Assembly (NCBI GenBank): GCA_050115495.1
Contig: JASFQK010000057.1
Location: 1 to 21,684 of the forward strand
Length of the DNA: 21,684 nt
Origin: Phycisphaerae bacterium
GTDB taxonomy: Bacteria; Planctomycetota; Phycisphaerae; UBA1845; Fen-1342
Direction of reading: 5' to 3'
Numbering within the stretch: position 1 is the first letter of the stretch; every line of letters starts with the position of its first letter. This document shows positions 8,601 through 17,187 of the stretch, piece after piece. The translations under genes and the position numbers were made by a program. The notes below the pieces were generated by a model. It was not told where the DNA came from. It did not search any database and saw only the letters and a program-made list of their open reading frames with translations.

Positions 8601-9013
8601 AGGCCGACGCCGCCGAAGAGCGTATGTATCTGTATCGCCCGCGGGGGCTTTTCGTGCGCGACGTCGCCCGGTCGCTCGACGAGCAGCTTGGCTCGATCGC
8701 TTCGCCGGTGGCGGCGATGCGGCTGAAGAAGGACGGCGATTTCGACCGGGCACAGTCGCGCGACGTGGTCGCAGCGGACGACATCGCCGCGCGGCTCGAC
8801 CTGGCGCGGCGGACGATGCTGCAAGCGGCGAGCGGGCTGGCCGCCGGCGACGTCCGCGTGGAGCCGCTCGTCGAACAGAGGAAGCTGGCGTGCACGCGGT
8901 GCGAGTTCCGGCCGGTCTGCCGGTTTGACCGGGCGTTCAACCGCCCGCGAGCGGCGGAGCAGGCGCTGCCCACGCTCGGGTCGTCGGAATCGGCGGAGGG
9001 GGATGCGACATGA
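5615..9013 (+). CDS. addB: ATP-dependent helicase/nuclease subunit B (AddB/RexB)
   Basis: Walker A GRAGTGKT, LVPEQASFQME, VDGFAGFT, YIALTRP. PD-(D/E)xK nuclease RGKIDRVD..IYDYK. Fe-S staple cysteines CPF ... CTRCEFRPVC. ATGA overlap with addA. Confidence 0.95.
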   Translation: MAVTFVLGRAGTGKTRACVDAVLARLAQPDDGGRLILLVPEQASFQMERLLATRSPGGAYCRAAVLSFTRLAQRVFADVGQPLEPVSSAARGMALRCAAARMGRSLRFFGAATRTHGFYRQLGRLIEDLLAEQVTPEDLRLAARAIPEVHTKRKIAEITRLYVEYLEWLGPARVDPAARLAVLRARCAALPWLPQASIWVDGFAGFTGQELATLVALAQRARELTVTLLLDPAEPSLRRPDAPVDPLHLFQRTVRTYHRLGQLFAEAGVTCAPPVVLGGVPPRFAATPALAALEAGLATPIGVPVETDSAISAPPAGVSVVECSTPRDELRRAAHFIREKLIDAGGTLRFRDFAVIARDLEPLAPLVAEVFAEYDIPYFLDRRRPMQAHPLSRLVSALIEAARTDLSVSAMTRLLRTGLLPLSTRQAEELENLIVRHAIHGGETWRKPTWDVPTPEGLDEPRRRVANMLTPLLQLAQPSQTATGATWARTLYDLLAALGVPRRIETWIADSAGQAGWERAETHRLAWEALCGVLNDVHDVLGEMPLGVTELAAIIGGTLREQTFGLTPPTLDQVLVSGIERSRHPDVQYAWVCAFNEGIFPARPADDDLVTTAEREALQRSGLAAPATHRDEAFGERLLAYIALTRPSRGLLISYATADEAGGAMLPSPLLDDVLRALPRLTVQRTRPEDPPVCLPELAGEFLHAAATPHGGRLRRLCDWAGDDARLGERLQWLLRGRRYDNAPEKALPDTPAGEPPPCVVSPSEVETYIDCPFKHFAGYRLRLDPQRGPRPLSWDLGGVAHEILAAVTLRAMRERGGVRGLPDERWLELLAEAAEQYEQSQPADLRQRRPELVFQSRQLVHFLHEVLLAHADRWRRGRFTPTACEQAFGPSGEAGVWPAPAWQLDDGRRVFLRGKIDRVDCFNDGERTWLLIYDYKPRTATLAASFLTGARLQLFGYALAASEAPIAAGPTTVAGVFLAPVQPDVEALGKKYVKEADAAEERMYLYRPRGLFVRDVARSLDEQLGSIASPVAAMRLKKDGDFDRAQSRDVVAADDIAARLDLARRTMLQAASGLAAGDVRVEPLVEQRKLACTRCEFRPVCRFDRAFNRPRAAEQALPTLGSSESAEGDAT

Positions 9014-12000
9014 ACCTCACCCCCAGCCAGGAGGCGGCGGTCCGGCATCGCGGGTCGAGTCTGCTCGTCTCGGCGTCGGCCGGCTCCGGCAAGACGGAGG
9101 TTCTGGCGCGGCGTTGCGTCGATCTTATCGCCGACGCGGAGCAACCCTGCCGCGTGGAGCAGTTGCTCGTCGTCACGTTTACGCGGGCGGCGGCGGCGGA
9201 ACTGCGCGTGCGCGTCGGGCGGATGCTTCGCGCCGAAGCGGCGAAAGTGCGCGATACGGCGTTGCGGGACCACTTGCGGCGGCAGGAAGTGCTCGTCGAC
9301 GCCGCCGACATCGGCACGATTGACGCATGGTGCGGGCGGGTGCTGCGGGCACATGCGGCGGAAGCGGGCGTCGATGCCGAGTTCACGGTGCTGGGCGAGG
9401 AGGATGCGCGGCTGCTGCGGCGGGAGGTTCTCGACGAACTGTTCGCGTGGATCTACGTCGCGGAGGACGAGACGGCGCTCGCGGCGCGGGAGTGGCTGAC
9501 GCGGCACAGCCGGCCGGCGGATGACTTCCTGCGCCGGCTGGTCGCCGATCTGCACGGCTTTCGCGAGAGCCTGGTCGACGTCGAGGCGTGGCTGGCGCGG
9601 CAACGCGAGATCTGTTCGCGCGAAGATGAGGCGCTCGTGGCTGATGCCCGGCTCGTGCTGGCCGAGGATCTGCGAAGGGAATGCGTGTTCCAGGCGGAGC
9701 AATTGGGGACCCTGCTCGCCGATTCGTCGCGGGAGGGGCTAGGTGGGTTGCTCGGGCCGTTGCAAGCGGCGCTCGCCGACTGGGCACAGCGTTTGAACCG
9801 GGCCGCCGAATTGCCGGGCGTCGTGAAAGAGATCGCCAAGCGCAAACTGGGCAAGGCGCGTGACCTCGCGGCGGCGGACCAGGCGCTGTTCGAGCAGGTC
9901 AGAGACCGGTGGCTGAAGAAGCGGCTGCAGGGACGCTGGGTGCTGGAGGACGTGCAGCGCATGCTCGATGTGGCGCCACAGTGCGCCAGGCTGACGCGCA
10001 CACTGCTGGACCTCGAATGGCACTATCACGAGCGGCTGACGGCGGCGAAACAGGCGCGGGCGGCTTGCGAGTTCGGCGACGTGCTGCGGTTGACGCTGGA
10101 TCTGCTCGGCGAGACGGCCGGCGACGGCGCGCGGTGGCCGTCGGCGATCGCGCTGCGTTTGCGGCAGAGGTACGAACACGTGCTCGTCGATGAGTACCAG
10201 GACACAAGCCCGGTGCAGGCGGAGATTCTGCGGCTGGTGGCTCGCGATGAGCCCGCGCGTGCGAATCGCTTCCTCGTCGGCGACGTCAAGCAGAGTATCT
10301 ACGGTTTTCGGCAGGCGGATCCGCGGCTGTTTGCGGCGCTGGCGCAGGCATTTGTCGACGGCAGCGCCGAGGGATGCGTGCAGCCGCTGTCGGACAACTT
10401 CCGGAGCCATCCGGCGCTGTTGGCGGCGCTGAACGATGTGTTCGCGCAGTTGCTGCATCCGCGGCTGGGTGGGACGGCGTTTGGCGAGGAGGAGCGACTG
10501 CGGGCGGGCCGGCAGGAATTGCCGAATCCGACGCTCGATGGCCGGCCACGCGTCGAGATTCACCTGTGCAACATCAGCGGGGCGGAACCGCAGATCGTCG
10601 ACGATGATGACGATGACGTGGTACCGGTCGAGCGCATCGAGCGTGAGGCGGCACTCTGCGCGGGCATGATTCGCGACCTGCTCGCCGACGGCGTTCAGGT
10701 GCCGGAGCGTGGCGCGGATGACACGCTGCACCTGCGGCCACTGCGGCTGGGGGACGTCGTCATTCTGCTGCGGTCGGCGCGGCAGAACGCGGCGGCCGTC
10801 GCCAGCGTGCTGCGGCAGGCGGGCATACCGGCGATCACCAGCGGACGCGATGCGCTGTTCGATGTGCCGGAGGTGATGGACCTGCGCAATGTCCTGTCAC
10901 TGCTCGCCAATCGGCGACAGGATGTGCCATTGGCCGCGTATCTGCGCGGGCCGCTGGTGGGGCTGTCCGCGGCGGAGCTGCTGCGTGTGCGGAACGCGTC
11001 GCCGGATACGGACTTCCATGATGCGGTCGCAAGCCTGTGCCGGTGGCCGGATGATGATGAACCGCCGGCGGCAGGCGATGATGATGAGTTGGTCGTGCGG
11101 TTGCGGGCGGCGCTGGCGCAGCTTGCCCGGTGGCGGCGAGCGGCACGCGAGGAGGAACTGTCTGATCTCGCGCGGCACATTTTGCATGATACGGGTCTGC
11201 TGCTCTTCGCGGCGGGATTGCCGGGTGGGGCACATCGGGCGGCGTTGCTGCGGGCCGTGGAAGGGTTCGCGGCCGATTTCGCCCGGAGCGGCCAGCATGG
11301 TGTCGCCGAGTTCGTGGCGTATCTCGATGATCTGGCGACCGCGGAGTTCGAACTGGGACTGCCGGTGGCGGCGGGTGCGGATGCTGTTCGCATCATGACG
11401 ATTCACGCGGCGAAGGGGCTTGAGTTTCCGATCGTGTTTCTGCTGAACACGGGTGGGCGGTTCAATCGGCGGCGGCTGGCGGACCCGGTTCAGGCGGATG
11501 CGGAGCATGGGCCGGGCCTGCGTTTCTTCGATTATCCGAGCCGGGTTGATCTCGCCGGTGCGCGGCACGAGGTCATTCGGCACACCGTCGCGCAGCGGGA
11601 GCTGGAAGAGGAGCTGCGCCTGCTGTACGTGGCGATGACGCGGGCACGCGAGCGGCTGATCGTCTGCGGCCACGCCGGGGCGGATGCGTGGGAGCGTGCG
11701 CAGCAGGCGTCCGGTGCGGCTGAGGCGCCGCCGGCGCTGGCGTCGCGGCTGACGGTCGCGTGCTCGCTCGAATGGCTGCTGATGGCGGCGGCGGGCAGCG
11801 GTCTTTGTATGGCGAGGGATGGCGCGGCTCCGCTCGCTACGGTGTACGCGCACGCCGATGCGGTCAGTGCACCGCCGCCAGAGGCGGAAGAGAAGGGCAA
11901 CGCCGCACCGGTGTGGACGGCTGACGATGACGCGTGGTTGCAGCGCGGGCAGTCGCTGCTGGCGGCGGAGGTCGACACATCGCTGGCGGCGAAGCCGGCG

Positions 12001-12762
12001 GTGCTATCGGTCAGTGCGGTGAAGGAGCTGGCGCAGGCGGCGGCCGAGGCCGACACGCCGTGGTACTTCGATGTTCTGGGCGCGACGGCGGGAGGAGCGT
12101 CGAAAAAGGGGACAGGCACCTCGCGTCGCGCGTCCTCCGATACGCGCGTGTCCTCTGGGCTCGGAGCCAGTCCCGTTTTTCAACACGCGCTGAGCCGGCC
12201 GGCGTTCGCGGCGCCGCGGGAGGAAGGCGGGCGGACGCTGGGCTTGGCGTGTCACCGGTTCCTGGAATGCGCAGATCTTGCGCGTCTGGCGACGGCGGCG
12301 CAGATCTCGGAGCAGGCGGCGGCGCTGGTGACGGCCGGCCGACTCACGGCGGACGAGGCGGCGCGGCTGCCCGTCGAGGATCTGGCGTGGCTCGGGGCCA
12401 GCGACGCCGGCAGGTTGCTGGCGGAACACGGTGCGGCGGCCCAACGTGAGCTGCCGTTTGTCGTCGCGTTACGGGTTGATGAGCGTGGCAACGCGACGAT
12501 CGTGCGCGGCGTGATCGACTGCCTGCTGGACACGCCGGCGGGGTTGACGCTGCTGGACTACAAGACGGATCGCATCGCCGACGAGGATGCGCTGGAACAG
12601 CGGGTGCGCGGCTACGCGGTGCAGATGCAGTTGTACGCGGCTGCGATCGAACGGCTGTTCAATCGCCCGGTGACGCAGGCGCTGCTGGTGTTTCTGACGG
12701 CCCGGCGCATCGTACCGGTCGCCGGGCCGGCACCGGATCTGGCGCAGCTCCTGGCCACGTAG
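9010..12762 (+). CDS. addA: ATP-dependent helicase/nuclease subunit A (AddA/RexA)
   Basis: UvrD-type motifs SASAGSGKT, VTFTRAAAAEL, VDEYQD, GDVKQSIYGFRQA, NFRS, TIHAAKGLEF, LYVAMTRA. C-terminal nuclease RGVID..LDYKTD..Q..LY. Confidence 0.96.
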   Translation: MNLTPSQEAAVRHRGSSLLVSASAGSGKTEVLARRCVDLIADAEQPCRVEQLLVVTFTRAAAAELRVRVGRMLRAEAAKVRDTALRDHLRRQEVLVDAADIGTIDAWCGRVLRAHAAEAGVDAEFTVLGEEDARLLRREVLDELFAWIYVAEDETALAAREWLTRHSRPADDFLRRLVADLHGFRESLVDVEAWLARQREICSREDEALVADARLVLAEDLRRECVFQAEQLGTLLADSSREGLGGLLGPLQAALADWAQRLNRAAELPGVVKEIAKRKLGKARDLAAADQALFEQVRDRWLKKRLQGRWVLEDVQRMLDVAPQCARLTRTLLDLEWHYHERLTAAKQARAACEFGDVLRLTLDLLGETAGDGARWPSAIALRLRQRYEHVLVDEYQDTSPVQAEILRLVARDEPARANRFLVGDVKQSIYGFRQADPRLFAALAQAFVDGSAEGCVQPLSDNFRSHPALLAALNDVFAQLLHPRLGGTAFGEEERLRAGRQELPNPTLDGRPRVEIHLCNISGAEPQIVDDDDDDVVPVERIEREAALCAGMIRDLLADGVQVPERGADDTLHLRPLRLGDVVILLRSARQNAAAVASVLRQAGIPAITSGRDALFDVPEVMDLRNVLSLLANRRQDVPLAAYLRGPLVGLSAAELLRVRNASPDTDFHDAVASLCRWPDDDEPPAAGDDDELVVRLRAALAQLARWRRAAREEELSDLARHILHDTGLLLFAAGLPGGAHRAALLRAVEGFAADFARSGQHGVAEFVAYLDDLATAEFELGLPVAAGADAVRIMTIHAAKGLEFPIVFLLNTGGRFNRRRLADPVQADAEHGPGLRFFDYPSRVDLAGARHEVIRHTVAQRELEEELRLLYVAMTRARERLIVCGHAGADAWERAQQASGAAEAPPALASRLTVACSLEWLLMAAAGSGLCMARDGAAPLATVYAHADAVSAPPPEAEEKGNAAPVWTADDDAWLQRGQSLLAAEVDTSLAAKPAVLSVSAVKELAQAAAEADTPWYFDVLGATAGGASKKGTGTSRRASSDTRVSSGLGASPVFQHALSRPAFAAPREEGGRTLGLACHRFLECADLARLATAAQISEQAAALVTAGRLTADEAARLPVEDLAWLGASDAGRLLAEHGAAAQRELPFVVALRVDERGNATIVRGVIDCLLDTPAGLTLLDYKTDRIADEDALEQRVRGYAVQMQLYAAAIERLFNRPVTQALLVFLTARRIVPVAGPAPDLAQLLAT
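12099..12184. repeat. 86-bp palindromic element, copy 3, in frame inside addA
   Basis: GTCGAAAAAGGGGACAGGCACC-N42-GGAGCCAGTCCCGTTTTTCAAC, translated as SKKGTGTSRRASSDTRVSSGLGASPVFQ. Confidence 0.9.
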
Positions 12763-12856
12763 GCGCGCCGGCGTTTCGGCCGCGTCATACTCACTCCGGC
12801 CGATCGCGATTACAATTGCGAGATCGACCACTCACTCTGTCTGGGAGCAGGCACAC

Positions 12857-13855
12857 ATGTTGACGAAGGCGACAGTCGTCGGCGCCGGAGCGATGGGGAC
12901 GGTCATGGCGCAGGTGCTGGAGAGCAACGGCGTGAACGTCGCCTTGCTGGCCCGCGACTGCGAGTTGCAGGAGCTGCTGGTGGCCCGCGAAAACCGGCGC
13001 TACCTGCCGGGCTTTCGGCTGGCCGAAGGCGTCAAGCCGACCGACGATCCGGCGGCGGCGCTGGCGCACACCGAGCTGATCATTTCCGCGGTTCCGTGCC
13101 AGTTTCTGCGCGGGGCGTGGAAGCAGCTCGGCGACGCGGTGCCGAAGGGCGTGCCGATTTGCAGTGTGACGAAGGGCATTGAGATTGGCACGTTGCAGCG
13201 GCCGAGCGAGATTCTCGCGGCGGGATCGAGCGAGAACCCGATCGCCGTGCTGTCCGGGCCGAGTGTCGCTCCGGAACTGGCCCGCTGCCTGCCGGCGACG
13301 GTCGCGGTGGCCTGCGCGACAGAGGGGATTGCGGACCTGATTCAGCATGTACTGAGCACGTCGTGGTTCCGCATTTACACCAACCCGGATGTGATTGGCG
13401 TGGAACTGAGCGGAGCGGTGAAGAACGTGGTGGCCCTGGCGGCGGGCATTCTCGACGGGCTGCGCGCCGGGGACAATGCGAAGGCCGCTCTGGTGACGCG
13501 CGGACTCGTGGAAATCACGCGGCTGGGGGTCGCGATGGGCGCACGGGCCGAGACGTTCGTAGGGCTGGCCGGCGTCGGCGACCTGGTCACGACGTGTGTT
13601 TCGCCGCACGGGCGGAACCGCTCGGCGGGCGAACGGATCGGCCGCGGGATGGCTCCCGACGAGGTGGTTCGGCAAAGCGCATCCGTGATCGAGGGAATTC
13701 CCACGACGCGTGCGGTGTTGGAACTGGCCGAGCGTCACCACGTGGAGATGCCCATCACGCAGGCGGTGTACCAGGTGTTGTTCGAGCGGAAGGACCCGCT
13801 GACGGCCATCACCGAGCTGATGAATCGCCCGCCGAAGGCTGAAGAACGGCTGTAA
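12857..13855 (+). CDS. gpsA: NAD(P)H-dependent glycerol-3-phosphate dehydrogenase
   Basis: GAGAMG Rossmann motif, ENRRYLPG, TKGIE, LSGPS, GAVKNVVALAAG, GDNAKAAL, GLAGVGDLVTTC, RN, EMPI. Confidence 0.97.
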   Translation: MLTKATVVGAGAMGTVMAQVLESNGVNVALLARDCELQELLVARENRRYLPGFRLAEGVKPTDDPAAALAHTELIISAVPCQFLRGAWKQLGDAVPKGVPICSVTKGIEIGTLQRPSEILAAGSSENPIAVLSGPSVAPELARCLPATVAVACATEGIADLIQHVLSTSWFRIYTNPDVIGVELSGAVKNVVALAAGILDGLRAGDNAKAALVTRGLVEITRLGVAMGARAETFVGLAGVGDLVTTCVSPHGRNRSAGERIGRGMAPDEVVRQSASVIEGIPTTRAVLELAERHHVEMPITQAVYQVLFERKDPLTAITELMNRPPKAEERL

Positions 13856-13858
13856 GCG

Positions 13859-13887
13859 TTGACAGTTTCGCCTTCGCGCTTTAGCAT
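13859..13887 (+). promoter_or_regulatory. sigma70-like promoter of the histidine kinase gene
   Basis: TTGACA (13859-64), 17 bp spacer, TAGCAT (13882-87). Confidence 0.6.
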
Positions 13888-13953
13888 CGCGCGTAGGTGG
13901 ACTGGGTCGAAGTGAAGTGTAAGAGGACGCTACCCGCGCAGGGAGATCCTCAC

Positions 13954-14784
13954 GTGCAGCACCCGTCGATACAGTCTGCCGAATCCCCCCGGCCGAGCGC
14001 CGCGTTGTTCCCTTCCTCAAGTGGTGCCACGCCGATGTCTTCATCCCGCGACGTCGTCATCGCCTCTCTGGAGGCTACGCTAATCGCCACACAACGCCTG
14101 GCCATGCTGGGCTCGATGTCGGCGATGTTCGCCCACGAGATCAACAACCTGGTGACGCCGATTCTGGCGCGGGCCGACTTCGCGCTGGGAACCGGCTCGA
14201 TCGCCGACATGCGCAAAGCGCTCGAACGGGCGCGTACGCAGGTGCAACATGTCGTGAGTCTCTCCGAGCGGCTGATGGGCCTGGCCAGAGGCGACGAGCC
14301 GCAGGCGGAGACGTGCTCGGTGGCGAAGGCGGTCGAGGAAGCCGTCGCCGGCGCGACGCGCCCGTTCGCGAAGGATGGGATCGAGCTCAACATCAACGTT
14401 CCGCCCGACCTGCGCGTGCGTGCGCCGCAGGGCGTGCTGATGCACGTGCTGCTGAACCTGCTGCTGAACGCGCGGGAGGCCATGAACAGCCGAGCCGGCC
14501 GGCTGACGGTTGCGGCGCAGCGCGACGGCGAATACGCCGTCATCCGCGTGAAGGACACGGGGCAGGGCATCGACCCCGAACGGCTGGCCAACGTGGTCAA
14601 CCCCTTCCTCGCCGCCACCGCAGACGACGACCCGCTCGCCTGGCAGAACGTGGGGCTGGGGCTGTGCGTCTGTCGCCTGCTGACCCGCCAATGCGGCGCG
14701 ACGATCGAAGCTGCGGCCAACGAGGGCCCCGGCTGCACGTTCCGCGTACGCTGGCCCATCGCGCCGGCCGAGTTCGTCCAATAG
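13954..14784 (+). CDS. cytoplasmic histidine kinase (HisKA + HATPase_c), no sensor domain
   Basis: H-box FAHEINN, N-box NLLLNAREA, G1 DTGQGI, G2 GLGL, GCTFRV. Start uncertain (GTG 13954 with GGAG upstream, or ATG 14035). Confidence 0.88.
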   Translation: MQHPSIQSAESPRPSAALFPSSSGATPMSSSRDVVIASLEATLIATQRLAMLGSMSAMFAHEINNLVTPILARADFALGTGSIADMRKALERARTQVQHVVSLSERLMGLARGDEPQAETCSVAKAVEEAVAGATRPFAKDGIELNINVPPDLRVRAPQGVLMHVLLNLLLNAREAMNSRAGRLTVAAQRDGEYAVIRVKDTGQGIDPERLANVVNPFLAATADDDPLAWQNVGLGLCVCRLLTRQCGATIEAAANEGPGCTFRVRWPIAPAEFVQ

Positions 14785-14817
14785 CGATCGTCGGGTTCAA
14801 TACTCCCCGCTGCTGCA

Positions 14818-17112
14818 TCACCGCCGGCGAAAGACCAGACCGATGGCGACGAGTGCCGTCACGCTCAGTATGGAAACGAGTGCGCCTTCGGCCAACGCCG
14901 GCGGCGTGTAGCGCCAGATGATCGTCTCGGCCTGTCCGGCAGGAACGGCCACGCTGAGCAGCCCCCCTTCTGCTTCGGTTACGGGCAGTGCCCGTCCCCC
15001 GACGTGCGCGTGCCAGCCCGGCAAGGCCAGTCGCGAGACCACGAGCCGCGCCGGCGTCTGCTTCGCGCTCGCCGCCGGCCAGGTGTCCACGCGGGTCACG
15101 AATTCGGCCGGCGCATTCTCGGCGTACTGCACGGCGCCGGGCTGCGTAGGATCGGCGAAGAACGCCGGTCCGGCGGCGCCCGGGCAGTGATAGAGCCGGT
15201 GCCCCGCGGGCGTCGTCGACCGCAGTTCGCCGCCGGCCGGCGCGGGCAACTTCGGGTCGCAGAGGAGCAGCCAACCGACGTTGCAGGGACGGATCCAGTC
15301 CGTGCGTTGCAGCAGTTCCGAGGTCCGCCGGGAGACGCCCCAGGGGGCGAAGGTGAACCGCCGCTGGTAGGCCACGGGATGCAGCGGACCGTACTCGGTC
15401 AGCGAACGCACGCCGGCCAGCGCGCTCGTGTTTGCGACTCGCTTGGAGAGCGGATCGTTGTAGACGCCGTCCGTGTCGGTCACGACCCACAACCGCTGCC
15501 CCGATTCGCGGATCTGTTCGAGCCAGGACTCGTCGGGGCGGTGCAGCAGGTCTCTCGGCGAATGTACGCCGGCCGGCACGTCCAACGTCCAGCCCATCAA
15601 GCCGAGATCCACGGCGGTGAGCGCCACCACGAACCACAAGCGGCGTGGCTGCCGCCAGCGCAGGGCAACGTAACCCAGCACGGCGAAGGAAGCCACGGCC
15701 AGGACGAGCGGCAGAAACACGCCGGGCAACCACGGTCGCAGGGACGCCAGTGCCGATTGGCGCACGTCCGCCGACATGAGCGGTACCGCCAGCGCGACCA
15801 GCACCAGCGGCACGGCGACCAGGAGCACGCCGGCGACCAGCGGCCGGCGTGTCCAGCGTTGCAGTGCCGCGCGCAGGCGTGCTCGCGCCGGCGTCAGGCC
15901 CGCCGCCAGGTCATGCAGCGCAGCCGCGGCCAGTGCAGCCAGCGACAAATCAAACAGCAGCAGCGCGCGGGCGGGCGCGCGGAACAGACTGGCACCCGGC
16001 AGCCAGTACAAGATGGGGCAGATCGGCCCGTACCGGCCGAGGGCGAGCAGCAGGCTGCCCAGGGCGAGGAAGACCCATGGCCGGCGGAGCGGATCGGCTC
16101 GCCAGCCCGCCCGCAATCCGACCGCCACCAAGAGCAGGGGCAGGAGTCCGACGTAGGCGAACTGCTCGCATTTGTGCGTGGGGCCCCAGTAGGGATGCGT
16201 GAAAATGCCCGGGGCCCGTTGTCCGTAGAGCATGGGCAGGACCCAGCCGACGGCCGCCGTTGGCGACCAGCTATTCTCGACGAAATCGCCGAAGGTGCGC
16301 TCGGCGCGGGTGCAGACGCGGACGTAGGCGAGGGTGGGCAGCCACTGGACGGTGAACAGGCCGGCGACGCACACCCAGACGATCAGCCAGCGGGCGACGA
16401 TTGCGCCGATGCCGGTCGCCGCCGACTCACCCGGGTTGGCCGTCCGCCGACGGGCGAGCAGGTACACGAGGACGCCGACGGCGGTGATGGCGGCGATCTG
16501 CACATGGCCGGCGAAGCATTGCAGCGCCGACAGAACGGCGGCCACGATCAACCGCCGAACAGCGGCAGCCGGCTCGCCCCGGCCTGTCCGCACGTAGCGG
16601 CCGAGCGCCCAGAACACCCAGGGTGTCCAGGCCGCAGCCTGGATCATGGTGAAGTGAGCGCGGTGGGCGAGCATGAAGCCGGAGAAGGCGAAGATCAGCC
16701 CACCGAAGAAGGCTGCCCGGCGACCCAGGCGCTGGCTGCGCAGCAGGCGGTACATCCCCCACAGCGCGATGCTGTAATGGGCCCACAGGCTCAGCGCGTA
16801 GGCCCAGAGTGGCGGCAGAATCGCGAACAGCCAGGTGAACGGGTACCACACCGCCGACTGCGGATCGGCTACATACGGCCGGTCCATGCCGCCCGCCGGG
16901 TTAATCCACGGCAGATGGCCGGCGGCGATTGTTTCGCCGAAGAAGACCCGCGACGGGTAGTAGTAGAGCAGATCGTCCTCGTTGGCCCCGAGCCCCCCCA
17001 GGCGCCACAGCGGCGCGAGCAGCACGCCCGGCAGCAGCACGACGGCCAGCGCCGTAGCGATCATCAGTCCGCGCACCGCCGAACGATCCGTCAATCCTCG
17101 CACCAGTGACAC
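14818..17112 (-). CDS. YfhO-like polytopic membrane protein (GT-C-type glycosyltransferase superfamily)
   Basis: DDLLYYYP..G.LPWINP..G.PYVADPQSAVWYP, many TM helices, AGHVQ, YVGLLPL, FRAPAR and C-terminal PGWHAHV..V.VPAG...WRYTP+TM, typical of the YfhO family. Confidence 0.82.
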   Translation of the reverse strand: MSLVRGLTDRSAVRGLMIATALAVVLLPGVLLAPLWRLGGLGANEDDLLYYYPSRVFFGETIAAGHLPWINPAGGMDRPYVADPQSAVWYPFTWLFAILPPLWAYALSLWAHYSIALWGMYRLLRSQRLGRRAAFFGGLIFAFSGFMLAHRAHFTMIQAAAWTPWVFWALGRYVRTGRGEPAAAVRRLIVAAVLSALQCFAGHVQIAAITAVGVLVYLLARRRTANPGESAATGIGAIVARWLIVWVCVAGLFTVQWLPTLAYVRVCTRAERTFGDFVENSWSPTAAVGWVLPMLYGQRAPGIFTHPYWGPTHKCEQFAYVGLLPLLLVAVGLRAGWRADPLRRPWVFLALGSLLLALGRYGPICPILYWLPGASLFRAPARALLLFDLSLAALAAAALHDLAAGLTPARARLRAALQRWTRRPLVAGVLLVAVPLVLVALAVPLMSADVRQSALASLRPWLPGVFLPLVLAVASFAVLGYVALRWRQPRRLWFVVALTAVDLGLMGWTLDVPAGVHSPRDLLHRPDESWLEQIRESGQRLWVVTDTDGVYNDPLSKRVANTSALAGVRSLTEYGPLHPVAYQRRFTFAPWGVSRRTSELLQRTDWIRPCNVGWLLLCDPKLPAPAGGELRSTTPAGHRLYHCPGAAGPAFFADPTQPGAVQYAENAPAEFVTRVDTWPAASAKQTPARLVVSRLALPGWHAHVGGRALPVTEAEGGLLSVAVPAGQAETIIWRYTPPALAEGALVSILSVTALVAIGLVFRRR

Positions 17113-17187
17113 CTCTCACGCCGCAGCATAAACTCTCTCGCGTCGCGGCGGCAGTGGTCGCCGCCGGCTTCATTCTGGAAGGCACCC

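Noticed and set aside
5615..12762. Helicase plus Cas4-like Fe-S nuclease as a novel defence system
   Set aside because: Size, motif order and gene pairing match housekeeping AddAB.
5567..14921. Numerous 60-420 aa alternative-frame ORFs overlapping addAB, gpsA and the kinase
   Set aside because: Expected from stop-codon scarcity at high GC; no motifs, and they overlap well-supported genes.
15004..17109. 701-aa + strand ORF
   Set aside because: Antisense shadow of the YfhO-like gene; Arg/Gly/Gln-rich composition typical of non-coding frames in high-GC DNA.
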